Assembly (NCBI GenBank): GCA_964016885.1
Contig: OZ024745.1
Location: forward strand, 134,044,001-134,108,000
Reading direction: 5' to 3'
From: Eledone cirrhosa
Lineage: Eukaryota
Length of the DNA: 64,000 nucleotides
The position numbers were made by a program, and so were the translations under genes. The stretch's first letter is position 1; each line of letters opens with the position of its first letter. Under the pieces are notes generated by a model that saw only the letters and a list, made by a program, of their open reading frames with translations, had not been told where the DNA came from and ran no database searches. This document shows positions 52,261 to 64,000 of the stretch, one piece after another.

Positions 52261-53154
52261 TATATATATATATACTCTCAAGAGCGTGAAACTAATAAAC
52301 CTTTGTTCGTACTGCCCCTCTTTTTTGTTCCCGTTCAATTTTTTACTATATATATATATCTCATTAAGAGTTTCAAAACACATCCGTAGGACGCGAGATA
52401 GAATCCCGAAAGGCGGAGGGGGAGTCAATCACGTGATATAGCGGTCAAGAAACAGAGCTAAGCCTCTTACGACCAAGAAAAAAAGACCACAAAAGGGGGA
52501 GGGGGTATGTATATCAAGCCGTAGAAGAGATGGCTAGGATGGCGAGAAGTATAAGTAATGATAGCTTTCCAGCAGTCACTACACTTCAATGGTTACTTTA
52601 CAATATAAAGAAATACACAGATACATGCGGCCACATACATATACATGAATATATCCACATATATCCCTGAATTTGTGGTGCCAACATCACCCATGTTGCT
52701 CTATGAATAACTGGGACAAAGTATCAGAGCTATATAATACATTACAAAGAAAGAAGAAACATTCTATCTCGCGTCCTACGGATGTGTTTTTAAACTCTTA
52801 ATGAGGTATCCTCTTGATAAGTCGATAAACCTAACAAAAATTACTATATCTCTGTCATGTAGTGTTTTTGCATAATATGCCACGAAACTACATAGTCGAG
52901 GACTAATCAGGAATTTGGGTATGGTATATCTTATTAATTATATCTAATGTTTCTTCTTTCTTTATAATGTATTATATAGCTCTGATACTGAATCAATCTA
53001 ATCCATTCGGATTATGTTGTCCCAGTTATTCATAGATCAACATCGGTGAGGTTGGCACCACAAATTCAGGGATATATGTGGATATATTCATGTATATGTA
53101 TGTGTCCGCATGTATTTGTGTATTTCTTTATATTGTATATATATATATATATAT

Positions 53155-53269
<115 letters not shown>

Positions 53270-53519
53270 CATTTATTTATAAAGTGAATATTTCCGCATT
53301 TAATAATACCGGTTTCAGCATTATATGCTTTTTCAACTGCGGATATGCATAATGTTGTATATTTATACGAATAATAAAAAGGGGAAGAAAATTATTAGTT
53401 TTTACATACATATTTAGAGAGGAAAGTTCAAATCTCTGTCCGCGTTTGTCCTTCCTTCTCTGTTAGTTGGCTGACAGAAACTACTTCTGTGCGAGCGAGC
53501 AGTCCTCGCAAGTTGAACA

Positions 53520-54460
53520 CACTCCCATCAGTACGGAACTGGATTTAAATTCCGTCCCACAGATCTTTCTTTGCTTCGCGGAGCATCATGTTGAAGGAGA
53601 TTGCAAATAGGGTTGGGACAAGGACAGCCTTGTTTCACGCCATTCTCGATGAGGAATTGATCGGAGAGGCCACCATTGTGCTTCATCTGTCCCTGCTGTC
53701 TTGTGTGTGGGTGCTGGAGCATGGTCAGGAATTTTAACGGACATCCAAGTCTGCTGAGGATCTTCCACAGCCCATCCCTATTGACTGTATGAAATACCTT
53801 CGTCATGTGAATGAAGACAGCGTACAAGGCCATATTTTGCTTTCTACATTTGACTTGAATCTGACAGAGGGCAAAAATCATGTCTGTGGTCCCGTGGTGG
53901 GCACGGAATCCACATTGGCTTTCTGGTAGAACAACCTCTGCAATGGCTGGGATGAGTCTATTGAGCAGAATTTTGACTGCGGTTGAGAGGAACTTGATGC
54001 CACGGTAGTTTGATTTTTGGCCTTTGTTCTTGTAGAGGGACGCTATCACGGTATTTCGGAGGTCTCTCACTTTGACCAGCACTATATAAATAGGTCCGTG
54101 AGATTCTCAAGGAGTGAGCCACCACCATACTTGTAGACCTAGGCGGGCATACCGTCAACACCAGGAGCACTGCGTGTTTTCAGGTAGGTGACTGCAGTCT
54201 TTACCTCCTCTATCTGAGTCGCCTACATGCGGAGTTGAGACTGCGACTTCCAGTCCATCTAGTACCTGTCGGTTCGCTCCTTCTTCATCCCTATAGGACT
54301 TTTGAACAACTACTTCCCGCTTGTGCTTGGTGGTTTTTAAGTGAGAGTCAAACGGATCCCACCCTTTAGGACATTGAGTCCTTTCCCAGTGGTTCAACAT
54401 ACTGAGGCGACTGGGGTGACTGCCAGGCTGTAGGTTTTTCATCAGAATGCCCTTCTCCGT
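53520..54460 (-). mobile_element. RTE/BovB-like LINE fragment, 5' UTR joined to RT N-terminus
   Basis: NYRGI, LPESQCGFR, GTTDMIF, NGVKQG; upstream GGAGAAGGGCATTCTGATGAAAAACC resembles an RTE 5' UTR. Confidence 0.82.
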
Positions 54461-55695
54461 GAAATTAAATACCTTAGTATTAGTATCAATGGTTATACTT
54501 AAATTATAGTTTTTAAAGAATTCATATGTTTTCTAACTTTCTCAAGCTCAGAATTATTAAGAACTCTAAAAGTAAACAGAGCGTCGTCCCTATAAAGACC
54601 ACATTCAATGCAATAGAATTCAGTACATAATATATTTAGGAGACAAGATCAGTGACATGGTCCTAGTCGCTCGATTCTATATTAATGTCAAAAGTATTTG
54701 GACGGTCTTTCTTTGTCCAAAGGATAACATCTATGATAGTGCGTCAGGCAGCCAAGACAATAACAATTTCAAGTCAAGTAATATTATTGAGATTCAGGGG
54801 GAAATTGATGCATAATAACCTCCAATCTCAAATTGTACCAGCATAAAATTTCACACTTAATGTATGTAGCGATTGAAACGTGCTTTGGTGGTAGTACATA
54901 AAACGAAAGAGGATAACAGAATTTAAAAGTCATGATAATGCTTAGTCTTTGAATGAAATCATTTCATATATGTTCTCTTGTTTTTTTTATATATATGATT
55001 TTTAAGGGTTGAGTCGTTTTAATTTAACAATAGGAAAATACAGACTAACAAAAACTTTTTACTAACTTCAGTTAAAGCTATGATATTTTAACCACTCTGT
55101 ACAAAAATCACGCATTGATATATATTCTCGGCAGAAAATTTCCCTCTTTCTACATGTATGAACGTTAGCATATTTTGATATAGTATGAATGATTTGTATT
55201 TCTTCTTTGAACATCCATGTCGTTGAAATATGTCGACGAAAATCTTAGATTACGATAAAAATAGTTGCAAAATTTCTTCAAAATTTCTAAAGTTCAGTTC
55301 ATTTTTGAATCGACCTTTTGAATTTTCTGACACTACATTAAATTTCTTCGTTGACTTTATTTGATAAGGGAAATTCAATATTCCCGTTGTTTGACAGAAA
55401 GTCAGGCTACAAAATTTCGTTTATATTAAATATTATTTTAGTCATGCTGGGATGCATAAATAAAGAATCCGTGGAGGATTTTAGAGAGCATATTTGGGAT
55501 ATGATATAGAATATCGGACATCACCGAAAAATGATAACTATACCATAGAACAGAATAATTTAGGATTCGGTGGCAATCGGAATATTGATTGTGTTCGAAC
55601 TCATCGAAGAAGGAGTTTTATATAATTTTAAATAATACAGTAATAATTATACGCCTTCTACGGAACGGAACGAAACAGAATCGCATATACTGGAT

Positions 55696-56822
55696 AATAA
55701 TTATTTCTAGATTTGGCACAAGGCCAGCAAGTTAAAGGAAAAGGAAAGTCGAACATGTTGACCCCAGCACTTAACTGGTTCTTTATGTTTTTGCCCCTGA
55801 AGGATGGAAGGCACAGTTATTCTCGGTAGGATTTTAACTCATGTTATCCGACACTCTCCCGATGTTTATATTCGATAACAATGCATTTCTTCTGTAGAAA
55901 ACCTCCCTACATTTCTCGAAAAAAGGTTTTGTTGATTAAATTGATGCAGGATTCAACCATTACACATATTCACATCTCCTACTAACGAAAGTCAAGTTTA
56001 CCGTGGCAATACTCGAAGTTAGAGTGTAAGTAATTCGAAATGTGTATCTCATCCAATGCACTATCCTCGATGTTTCTACTAAGAAATAAGAATGTGTTGC
56101 GTATGCCACCAAACCACAAAATTTGAAGAGAGTCCGGTTAACTAAGTCATCGTCTCTCGATGGCAGGATGATGTTTATTCTGTACATTATCACGAAAATG
56201 TACTGTTCACTGCTGCAGAAAGTAGGGACACAATAACTAGGTTTCTATCTTCATTTTTATTTTATTTGGGTTTAATCTATCAATAAAAAACAGTATCAGA
56301 CAAGTACTGGAGTCGATGAAATCGACTTCTCTCTCCCTCAAATTATTCACCTTCGGCCAAAATCCACGTTATTATTATTAAGGGGCGTGGATTAATAGAA
56401 TCATTAGTGCGCCGGACGAATGTATGGCAGTGTTCCGTTACGGCCCTTTACGTCCTAATTTCAAAACCCGCAGGAATCAGTTTTGCCTTTCAATCTTTGC
56501 AAGGTCGATAAAATAAAGTATCGGTAAAGTACTAGCTCCTCAAGATATAAAAACTACTGTTCTTGGGGCCTAAATTAAAAGGCAATATTATTATTTCCCA
56601 CAGGGCGGTGGATTGACAGTATCGGTAGAGGATCGGACGCCATGCTTTGCAGTATAGAGTTACTGCCCTTTATGATCTGAGTTCAAATTCCGCCGAGTTA
56701 ACTTTGCCTTTCATCCTTACGGGGTCGATAAAATAAAGTACCAGTCCCGCACTGGGGTCGATTTAATCGACTTTCCCTTCTCCAAAATTGCTGGCCTTGT
56801 TCCTATATAAGAAACCATTATT
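55696..56822. mobile_element. Cluster of OK-like SINEs of different ages (55696-55840 -, ~56380-56590 +, 56603-56820 +)
   Basis: Family matches; the 56603 copy keeps a longer CTGGGGTCGATTTAATCGAC tail segment. Confidence 0.78.
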
Positions 56823-57016
56823 TCACACAGGGGTAAATTGCAGTTAAATAACAAAAGTATCTACGACTGTCAGACAGAGTAGATTTTCTTTGAGATAAAT
56901 TTGCGTCAGTCGCTACTTGAATTTGTCTCTGGTTCAGATTAACTACTTCGAACAATACATCTCATCTAAGACCGGAGATACAAAACCCTGAGTAGCAGTG
57001 ACACAAGCAACCTCAC

Positions 57017-57125
<109 letters not shown>

Positions 57126-57139
57126 ACGCGCGCACACAC

Positions 57140-57620
57140 AATCAGGTCGCTCTTCAGCGCTACTGGTTACATGTAACCCAGTATAATCTGTGCATGGTTG
57201 GGTAGTCTGTGATAAAACCGGCAACCCCACCAAGCTTGCTTTGTGAGGAGGGTGAATTTGGACACCCTGCGGAATGAAAAACACAACCCGTCAAAGGGCA
57301 GAGGAACTCAGGAGAGTCAACGGCCATGCAATAAAGTACTTTTTTGTGGAGCGCAAGACTCCTAGTCTTCATTAAGACATCTCTCTAGGAGAAGGTCCCT
57401 CTGATATAAAACCGGCGACTTCGTTTGCATCCAATGGTGTAGACCAGTTCTTCTTTTTGAGTAAATACATTCAATATTCAGAGAATGGGATTGGCCCCGT
57501 GAAAAGTCTTTCTTCACTTAAAAAAGCTTCAAGCGCAGGCATCGCTTGATGTGTGACATTTTTGCAATGTATGGTATTGCTGGCCATAGGCAAGTCCATG
57601 GTAGAACTAAAAAACCACGC
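57140..57620 (+). mobile_element. RTE 5'-UTR-like non-coding repeat
   Basis: GGCAACCCCACC and CTAGGAGAAGGTCCCTCTGATATAAAACC motifs resemble RTE 5' UTRs and 54430-54460; no ORF follows. Confidence 0.5.
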
Positions 57621-57681
57621 TCGTGATGCTCATGCTTAAGCATCAAGCGATGGTATTACTCGAAATCGAGTTGCAGTCATC

Positions 57682-57716
<35 letters not shown>

Positions 57717-58375
57717 TAATCAAGTCTTCACATATTTATTTAACTTTTGAGACATCAATTCAGCAATGGGTTTCAACACCATTCATTCACACCGATTTTT
57801 TTGTGCAAGCATCCCACCCTACAGACAATGAACAGACTTGTCTGTTTTCAGCAGTAGCCAAACCAAATTGTCGAACTGTAGTGAACAGCCGTGGGAAACG
57901 AATGAACTACAACAGATTGTTGACTAAACAAAAGTAAGAATAAAATATAGAAATCGTGTTTGAACGCTAAACTAGAATTCCTTGCTCGGTAGAATAAACA
58001 GCTGAAACAACGTCTCAAGTGGATTTTCTTAAGACAACAGAATGAAATAATAGAGTAAAAAGTTTAATGGAGAGTGAAGTGTGTAATTGGTTTTTCAAGG
58101 GAAGTAACTTTCAGTCTGATAAATTATTTCCCTTCTTATTTAACAAACGTTTTGTTATTCCAGTAATTTTTGCTGTCTTTTGTTTTCTTGCAAAATATCC
58201 TCAATAAAGTTTTTAAAATCAGCGATCTTATTAAAGATATTCTGTTTTCTTAAGCTGGATTCCCAAAATTCTACCTCATTAAAAACCTGTCATAAAGAAT
58301 TACATTTTCACAAGTGTTGATAAACCGCACCGTTACCCTTTTCAAATGTTTAACACTAGTATAGGTTATCTAAAG

Positions 58376-58842
58376 CAGCGGTCACCAACCTTTTCGACCT
58401 CACCGATCACTAATATGAATTAATGGTCAATGGTCGAAACAATACTGAAGCGTACGTGTGTCATATTGTCGATAGATGATACATATCTGTAAACTCTTTC
58501 ATGGATGTTAGTTCTTTACTGAGGTGGGTTATAAAATATATTTTAACCGAATATTATTTTTGTTTTATTGGTGGATTGGCAGTATCAGTAGAGTGTCGGA
58601 CGCCATGCTTTGCAGCATAGAGTTACGGCCCTTTATGGTCTGAGTTCAAATCCCGCCGAGGTTAACTTTGTCTTTCATCCTTACGGAGTCGATAAAATAA
58701 AGTACCAGTAATGTACTGAGATAATTGCTGGCCTTGTGCCAAAAGTAGAAACAATTATTAATGAAACAAAAATTGCAAATAATATCCAAATTTTTCTGTG
58801 GACCACCAAACTTTTCTCTCGGACCACCAGTTAGCGACCGCC
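58376..58842. mobile_element. hAT/Charlie-like MITE interrupted by an OK-like SINE (58569-58758 +)
   Basis: Ends CAGCGGTCACCAACC ... AGTTAGCGACCGCC (imperfect TIR); flanks ATCTAAAG and AACTAAAA. Confidence 0.62.
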
Positions 58843-60766
58843 CAACTAAAAGATATGATTTGATTGTTCGTAGTGGTAATGTTTTTTCTATTAATGATGT
58901 TAAAATAAAACATTGGCCTTTTTATAAAACACTATCGACATTCGATGATTGGTCTGCAATGTGGGGAAGTGATCTGAATGAATCTTTGGATTAATAAGAG
59001 CGAGAGTTCAAACTGAGACGCTATTGTGTTACCCTTTAAAATATGTTGCATGGAGCTCAAACTGTTAGCTAAAAATTTAAACTTACGATTTAAACTACCC
59101 CAGTATTATAACTGTATTTTCCACTTGAGCATTGATGGTAGAATGCCGAACACAGAGGAGAAGACATCAAAGTAAGAATGTGTCTCTTAGAACAGCTCAC
59201 AGCGTTCCTTTATGTATTGTGTGCAGAATGTCATTATTTATTTGCTAGAATAAACTGAATACTTACCCGTAATATCTGGTGGTCTTATGTGTGTGTTAAA
59301 TTTGATGTTTCATGTAAAAGCTCTGCTATAAGAAATCATTACATCACCGTTGGAGAAACACGCTGACAAAACATCATACAGAGAAAACCACGTAAGATTT
59401 TAATACAATAAATATATGCAGCATTTCCGCTGGAAGAAACTACCTAAACTGGGAATTTACATGTACTCCTGATTTCTTACATTGTTACAAGATCATAAAA
59501 CTTTTATGGGGGCCAATATTATCAATAAAGCTTCAATATAGATGGTACTTATTTATCGACACGGGATAATTAAAAATAACTACCCGACAAAAAGCACATC
59601 ATTTGCGCAACTAAAATCGTAAGAAAGTTATGTAGGACAAGTTTAATCTTTACCTCATTTCTATTCCATTTCAACATGGTTACTTTGTTGCAATGAAACG
59701 TGAATTCAGTAGCTAACCCTCCAGAGTAACCTCAAGCTAGTTTCCATATTTGGAGATATTCAGATCTTTCACGTCATTACACTGCTAATGCCACTGGTAA
59801 AAACATGATCATTAAATCTTATAATTTCTTCATACCCAATAAATTCCAAGCATGTGCTTATACTAGAAATCATTTAAAGTGATGGTGATCGATAGCGCAC
59901 GAGCGAGATTTGCCTCTTCTCCACTTTGAAGTCGATAAAATAAACAATAGTATCGGAATAGATTCAATCGATAATATCCTCCCCCTCTTCACAAAAAGAG
60001 GTTTTCTGTGTAATCAGAAGAAACCATTAGGTTAACAATTATTATTGAGTCGTACTTGATTTGTCTTTGTTAACCTGAATCTGATAACCTTATGTCTCTC
60101 TTGTATTATTACTTTTATCGTCTTCATTTGGCTATTTATTGATTTATCATCCGGAACAAACTGATAATAAACAGCTTTTCATGGGTGGGGTTGATTTCAG
60201 AGATCAATGCCAAGTCTGTTGTAAGTATTAATTTATAATAATTCTGTTCAGATTATTTGTTTTTAATGTAAACATTTGAATTAATTAAAATGCTATTTCA
60301 ATTAATTGGAACCTCCTTAACAAGAAATGTAAGCAAGGGGAAGGTGAGCAGAAGAAGAAGAAACCTCTTAAATAAAGAATTGTTCCTATATGGAAATTAT
60401 AAAAATATTTGATAAAGATAATTGATAATGATGGTCTCTATAATATAAATTATGTCAAACTTCTATTCCGCGTCTATGCTGAAATCAGCTTCAGCAAAAT
60501 TGTTATCATTTCAGTGTTTTGTAGTTTCTGTTAAAATCCTGCTCCGCTTGACGTATGGGGCCCACGAAATAAGTATTACTGCTTTAAAGGAATTACACCA
60601 TTCTCTACAAATTTGGGAGGATGTGCCACATTAAAATCTTAATATAATCATTAGAAACTAAGAAAATTAACGAGTGTCTATGTCTGCTAGAATCAATTCA
60701 TACTTTTAAAAAGAGTTGACCGTTACATTAGATAATTCTTCTCTCACGACACCTAAATACACCTCA

Positions 60767-60988
60767 GGGCGGTGGATTGGCAGTATCGGCAGAGGGTCGG
60801 ACCCTTTGCAGCATAGTTACGTCCCTTTATGGTCTGAGTTCAAATCCCGCCGAGGTTAACTTTGCCTTTCATCCTTACGGGGTCGATAAAATATAGTACT
60901 AAATATAGTACTAAATATAGTACTAAATATAGTACAGTAATACACTGGGATAATTGCTGGCCTTGTACCAAAAGTAGAAACAATTATT
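60767..60988 (+). mobile_element. OK-like SINE with internal 12-bp tandem expansion (AAATATAGTACT x4)
   Basis: Family match plus repeat at 60889-60935. Confidence 0.88.
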
Positions 60989-61183
60989 AAAACCGTACAA
61001 AGAATACTGTATTTCTTGTCTGTAATAATCTAGCCAAAACTGTATTTTACCTGCTTCTTTCCTGCACAAAGTGAACAAACCTAAAACTCTGGTTTCTCCT
61101 CACTACGAGCAGATAAATCTTTCGTCTTTTACAAACCTAAAATATATTAAATGCATCTTTTGTTTTCTTTCCTTTTACTTCAG

Positions 61184-61940
61184 GGTGTCAACGATTCAAA
61201 AAGAAAAGATGGATAGACAAGTTTCTTACGAAGAACTCTGTCGGAACCAGCTTAAAGCAATGTTAAAGAATAACAAAAGCAATGACAATCCTAATTTTCA
61301 GTATCGGCCAAATAACAAACCCATTCATAGTCCAGTTCACAACCAAATTCAGAGAATATTGTACCTCTTACAAAACAAACTCTTTGAAGAATGTGCTTCA
61401 CAGCTCAGACGGATAGACTTACCAACATTGCATGCAATCCTTAATGATATTCCTCTTAAACTCCTCTACGAATCTATTCCCTTAGCTCTGCCCGCTCTTG
61501 ATGTGCTCTACACTCGGTTGTACCAGAGCACTACCCCTGGATCTGCTTCGTGGCGTCTACTATCTCCAGATATGCTTATACCTAAGTTGATTCTATTCTT
61601 TTCTGACGACTGGCTAGCTTCGGGAAAGGGTGAGAAGAATTGTAATAACTATTTTCCGGCATGTCGAAATCTTTTATGGATGGCTTCGACATTTGACAGT
61701 TCTTTAGCTGATAACCTCCGAGCAACTAAAGCTTCGATGGATTCCAATATTGAAAAATTGGGAAAACATGGTCTTGTTGAGTGCTTTGACGGGTCCTTGA
61801 AAAGTCTGCAGTCATCGTTACAGTTGGAGATGAATCACATGATACAACAAATAAGACAAGCTTTAAACTTACTGAAAGAACCACGTGGCAAAGATTCAAC
61901 CGAGTCTCTTTCCGAATCAGGACATCAAAGACTTTTGCAA
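61184..61940 (+). CDS. Host protein-coding exon (helical protein; tentatively the N-terminal region of an invertebrate MIEAP/SPATA18-C-terminal-domain family protein)
   Basis: Polypyrimidine acceptor TTTCCTTTTACTTCAG|, ATG at 61209, 244 stop-free complex codons, phase-0 donor CAA|GTAAGA. Family call is from recalled motifs (ILNDIP..LYESIP..L..LY, IEKLGKHGLV, SGHQR) and is unverified. Confidence 0.82.
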
Positions 61941-61970
61941 GTAAGAGATTATTATTATTATTATTATTTT

Positions 61971-62167
61971 GGGCGGTGGATTGGCAGTATCGGTAGAGGG
62001 TCGGACGCCATGCTTTGACGCATAGAGTTACGGCCCTTGATGGTCTGAGTTCAAATCCCGCCGAGGTTAACTTTGCCTTTCATCCTTACGGGGTCGATAA
62101 AATAAAGTACCAGTAATACACTGGGATAATTGCTGGTCTTGTGCCAAAAGTAGAAACAATTATTATT
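61971..62167 (+). mobile_element. OK-like SINE, intronic, in (ATT)n
   Basis: Full-length family match 30 bp after the splice donor. Confidence 0.9.
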
Positions 62168-64000
62168 GGTCTAAGCGGACGTATTTTGCTCGCTCACAGT
62201 AAGTCGCTTTATTTGCGACTACCTGTTAAAATTATTTGTTGTTAAATATTTCATGTTGTGTAAGGGATATAAGCCCTTAGACTTTGCCCGGGAAGGGGAA
62301 AGTATAATATTTGGGCCTTTTGGCCCAAATATTTGAACTTTTTTTTACATGTTAAAAAATTTACGAAGAAAAAAAAACAGCGATATGTCGGCTGTCGTGC
62401 GACAACGACGTAGAAGTTGAGAGGAGCTCTACAGCGAAATTAACACACATTGGTAACACAAACACCACCACAAACAAGCTAAACAAAGACACCAATGATA
62501 CCAATAAGAACACTAATTTTGAAATAAATGACAGTAACAGCGAGAACGAAAATACAGATAACAAAAAAAAAATAACAAATACAACAATATCAACACCACT
62601 AACATGAAAACAAATAGCGACAACACCAACAGCAACAATACCAACTGCACCGAGAACAACTTTGGCAACAAAGACAACAATGATAACAGCGACAGTGCTA
62701 ACAACAACACCAACAAGAACAACGGCAACAAAACCCCCAACGAAAACAAGAAGAACACTTTCGCAGCAGCAGCAGCAAAAAAGAGGCCATGCTTCAACAT
62801 GGACTTTTCAAACAAAGATGAAAAGTTGGCCCAGGCATGGAGGCTCATCAAGCAAGAGCAAACTTGGGCCAACTTAACTGTCCAGGTAGAAGCTATTGAG
62901 GCAGTGGAGCGCAAAACGGTGCATTATAGATGCATCTCAGCACAAACCAAAAGGGCAGCTTTAATCCCACAAGAAGATGTCGAAGTCGCGCTGAGGTGCA
63001 TCACAAAAGACACCCAGTACATAGAGAGGAGCAGACAATACGGCACCATTTCGGTGTTGTTCAAGTCAGAAGCCCTCGCTATGAAACACGCTATGACTCT
63101 TTGCAAAATCAGCAAGGTCATAATGTACCCCTCCCACATGGGAAAAAGAACGGCCCGTCTCCGCATTCCCAGAATCCCACCAGGACTTGACATGTGGTGG
63201 CTTCTGGGATGTGTGATTGTGGAGGGGACGGATACAGTCCCTATAGAAGTGACCAGAACGGCCAGAGAGGACTGGTCCGGGGTTGACCTGGAGATCCTTC
63301 TCCAGATCAGGCCCGAGAATGTGAAGACAATCCCGGTTCACATCCGCCTTCAGAATGGGACGGTCATACACATTATGACCGAAGGCAAAAGGCCGCAGTG
63401 TTTTGTTTGTGGGGAAAAAACCCATTTGCAAGCCTTCTGCCCTCAACTGCTGAAAGAGGCAAGGGGTCGAAAGGCTCCACTGCTGCCGACGCCGGGGAGA
63501 GGACCACAACCAACACCAGCACCGGCAAAACCAACAACAACACCAATAGAAAGACCACCACCGACATTGACCACCCAGGGGGGAAAGGAGGAAAGCTGTC
63601 AAATTCCCCCTCCCTCCAAAAATACACACACCAATAAAACCATAAACATACATACAGACACACTTACAGACACAGACACCTCCTCTACCAGTAGTGAAAA
63701 TGAGGGAAATCCAAAATCCCCCAAAATACAAAAAAGGAAACACAAAAAGAAAAAAAAACTCAACAAAGCACAAAAGCACTCACAATAAAAAAAAAACGCA
63801 CACACCACCCACGCAAAGATCTCTCCAATAACACCAACATCAACACCACCATCACCATCACCAGAATCCCCCAAACGCAAACAACCGAATCAGACGCAAG
63901 AACAAATATACACACAAACATCTGAAACGACAGACACCGAACTCACAACAAACACAGATACAACCGAAACAACACCACCAAAACCATCACCACCACAGCC
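62168..64000 (+). mobile_element. L1/Tx1-like LINE 5' end (5' UTR + ORF1), runs off the window
   Basis: 5' GCGGACGTATTTT motif, hairpin-rich UTR, ORF1 with TFAAAAAKK, an RRM-like region and a zinc knuckle. Confidence 0.75.
62604..63788 (+). CDS. LINE ORF1 gag-like nucleic-acid-binding protein
   Basis: CFVCGEKTHLQAFC (CX2CX4HX4C); Asn/Thr-rich N-terminus and Pro/Thr/Lys-rich C-terminus, both extending through A-run frameshifts. Confidence 0.78.
   Translation: MKTNSDNTNSNNTNCTENNFGNKDNNDNSDSANNNTNKNNGNKTPNENKKNTFAAAAAKKRPCFNMDFSNKDEKLAQAWRLIKQEQTWANLTVQVEAIEAVERKTVHYRCISAQTKRAALIPQEDVEVALRCITKDTQYIERSRQYGTISVLFKSEALAMKHAMTLCKISKVIMYPSHMGKRTARLRIPRIPPGLDMWWLLGCVIVEGTDTVPIEVTRTAREDWSGVDLEILLQIRPENVKTIPVHIRLQNGTVIHIMTEGKRPQCFVCGEKTHLQAFCPQLLKEARGRKAPLLPTPGRGPQPTPAPAKPTTTPIERPPPTLTTQGGKEESCQIPPPSKNTHTNKTINIHTDTLTDTDTSSTSSENEGNPKSPKIQKRKHKKKKKLNKAQKHSQ

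Noticed and set aside
52795-52845. Possible U3-A8 hammerhead (CTCTTGATAAGTCG...)
   Set aside because: No GAAA or stem III could be assembled.
59100-59800. Possible upstream exons ending at AAA|GTAAGA (59171) or CTG|GTAAAA (59796)
   Set aside because: Donor-like motifs alone are insufficient, and no strong acceptors or coding signal are present.
61071-61183. N-terminal 38 codons and C-terminal tail (61941-62018) of the 315-aa ORF
   Set aside because: They are intronic read-through: a polypyrimidine tract upstream and (ATT)n plus SINE downstream.

Overview
AT-rich, repeat-dense animal genomic DNA, most likely an octopod cephalopod. This is inferred from about 18 copies of an OK-like tRNA-derived SINE plus dense (TA)n/(CA)n/(GA)n microsatellites. 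Almost all short ORFs in the track are microsatellite artefacts. Real coding sequence comprises one 5'-truncated but uninterrupted Penelope-like element (PLE) ORF (RT + GIY-YIG, 5987-8785), Hydra-type PLE endonuclease fragments, a decayed near-full-length RTE LINE, and HERO, R4/Dong, CRE and RTE fragments. It also includes the 5' end of an L1/Tx1-like element and one convincing host coding exon (61184-61940). The most striking signal is about 20 complete, partial or variant type-I hammerhead ribozyme (HHR) motifs from roughly ten unrelated sequence families. Nearly all sit in short non-coding modules embedded in (TA)n arrays, and many form fold-back palindromes whose axis lies in or next to the ribozyme. 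Several carry non-canonical cores (U3-A8, U4A, U.U at 10.1/11.1). All assignments were made by eye; no searches were run, and coordinates of decayed elements are approximate.
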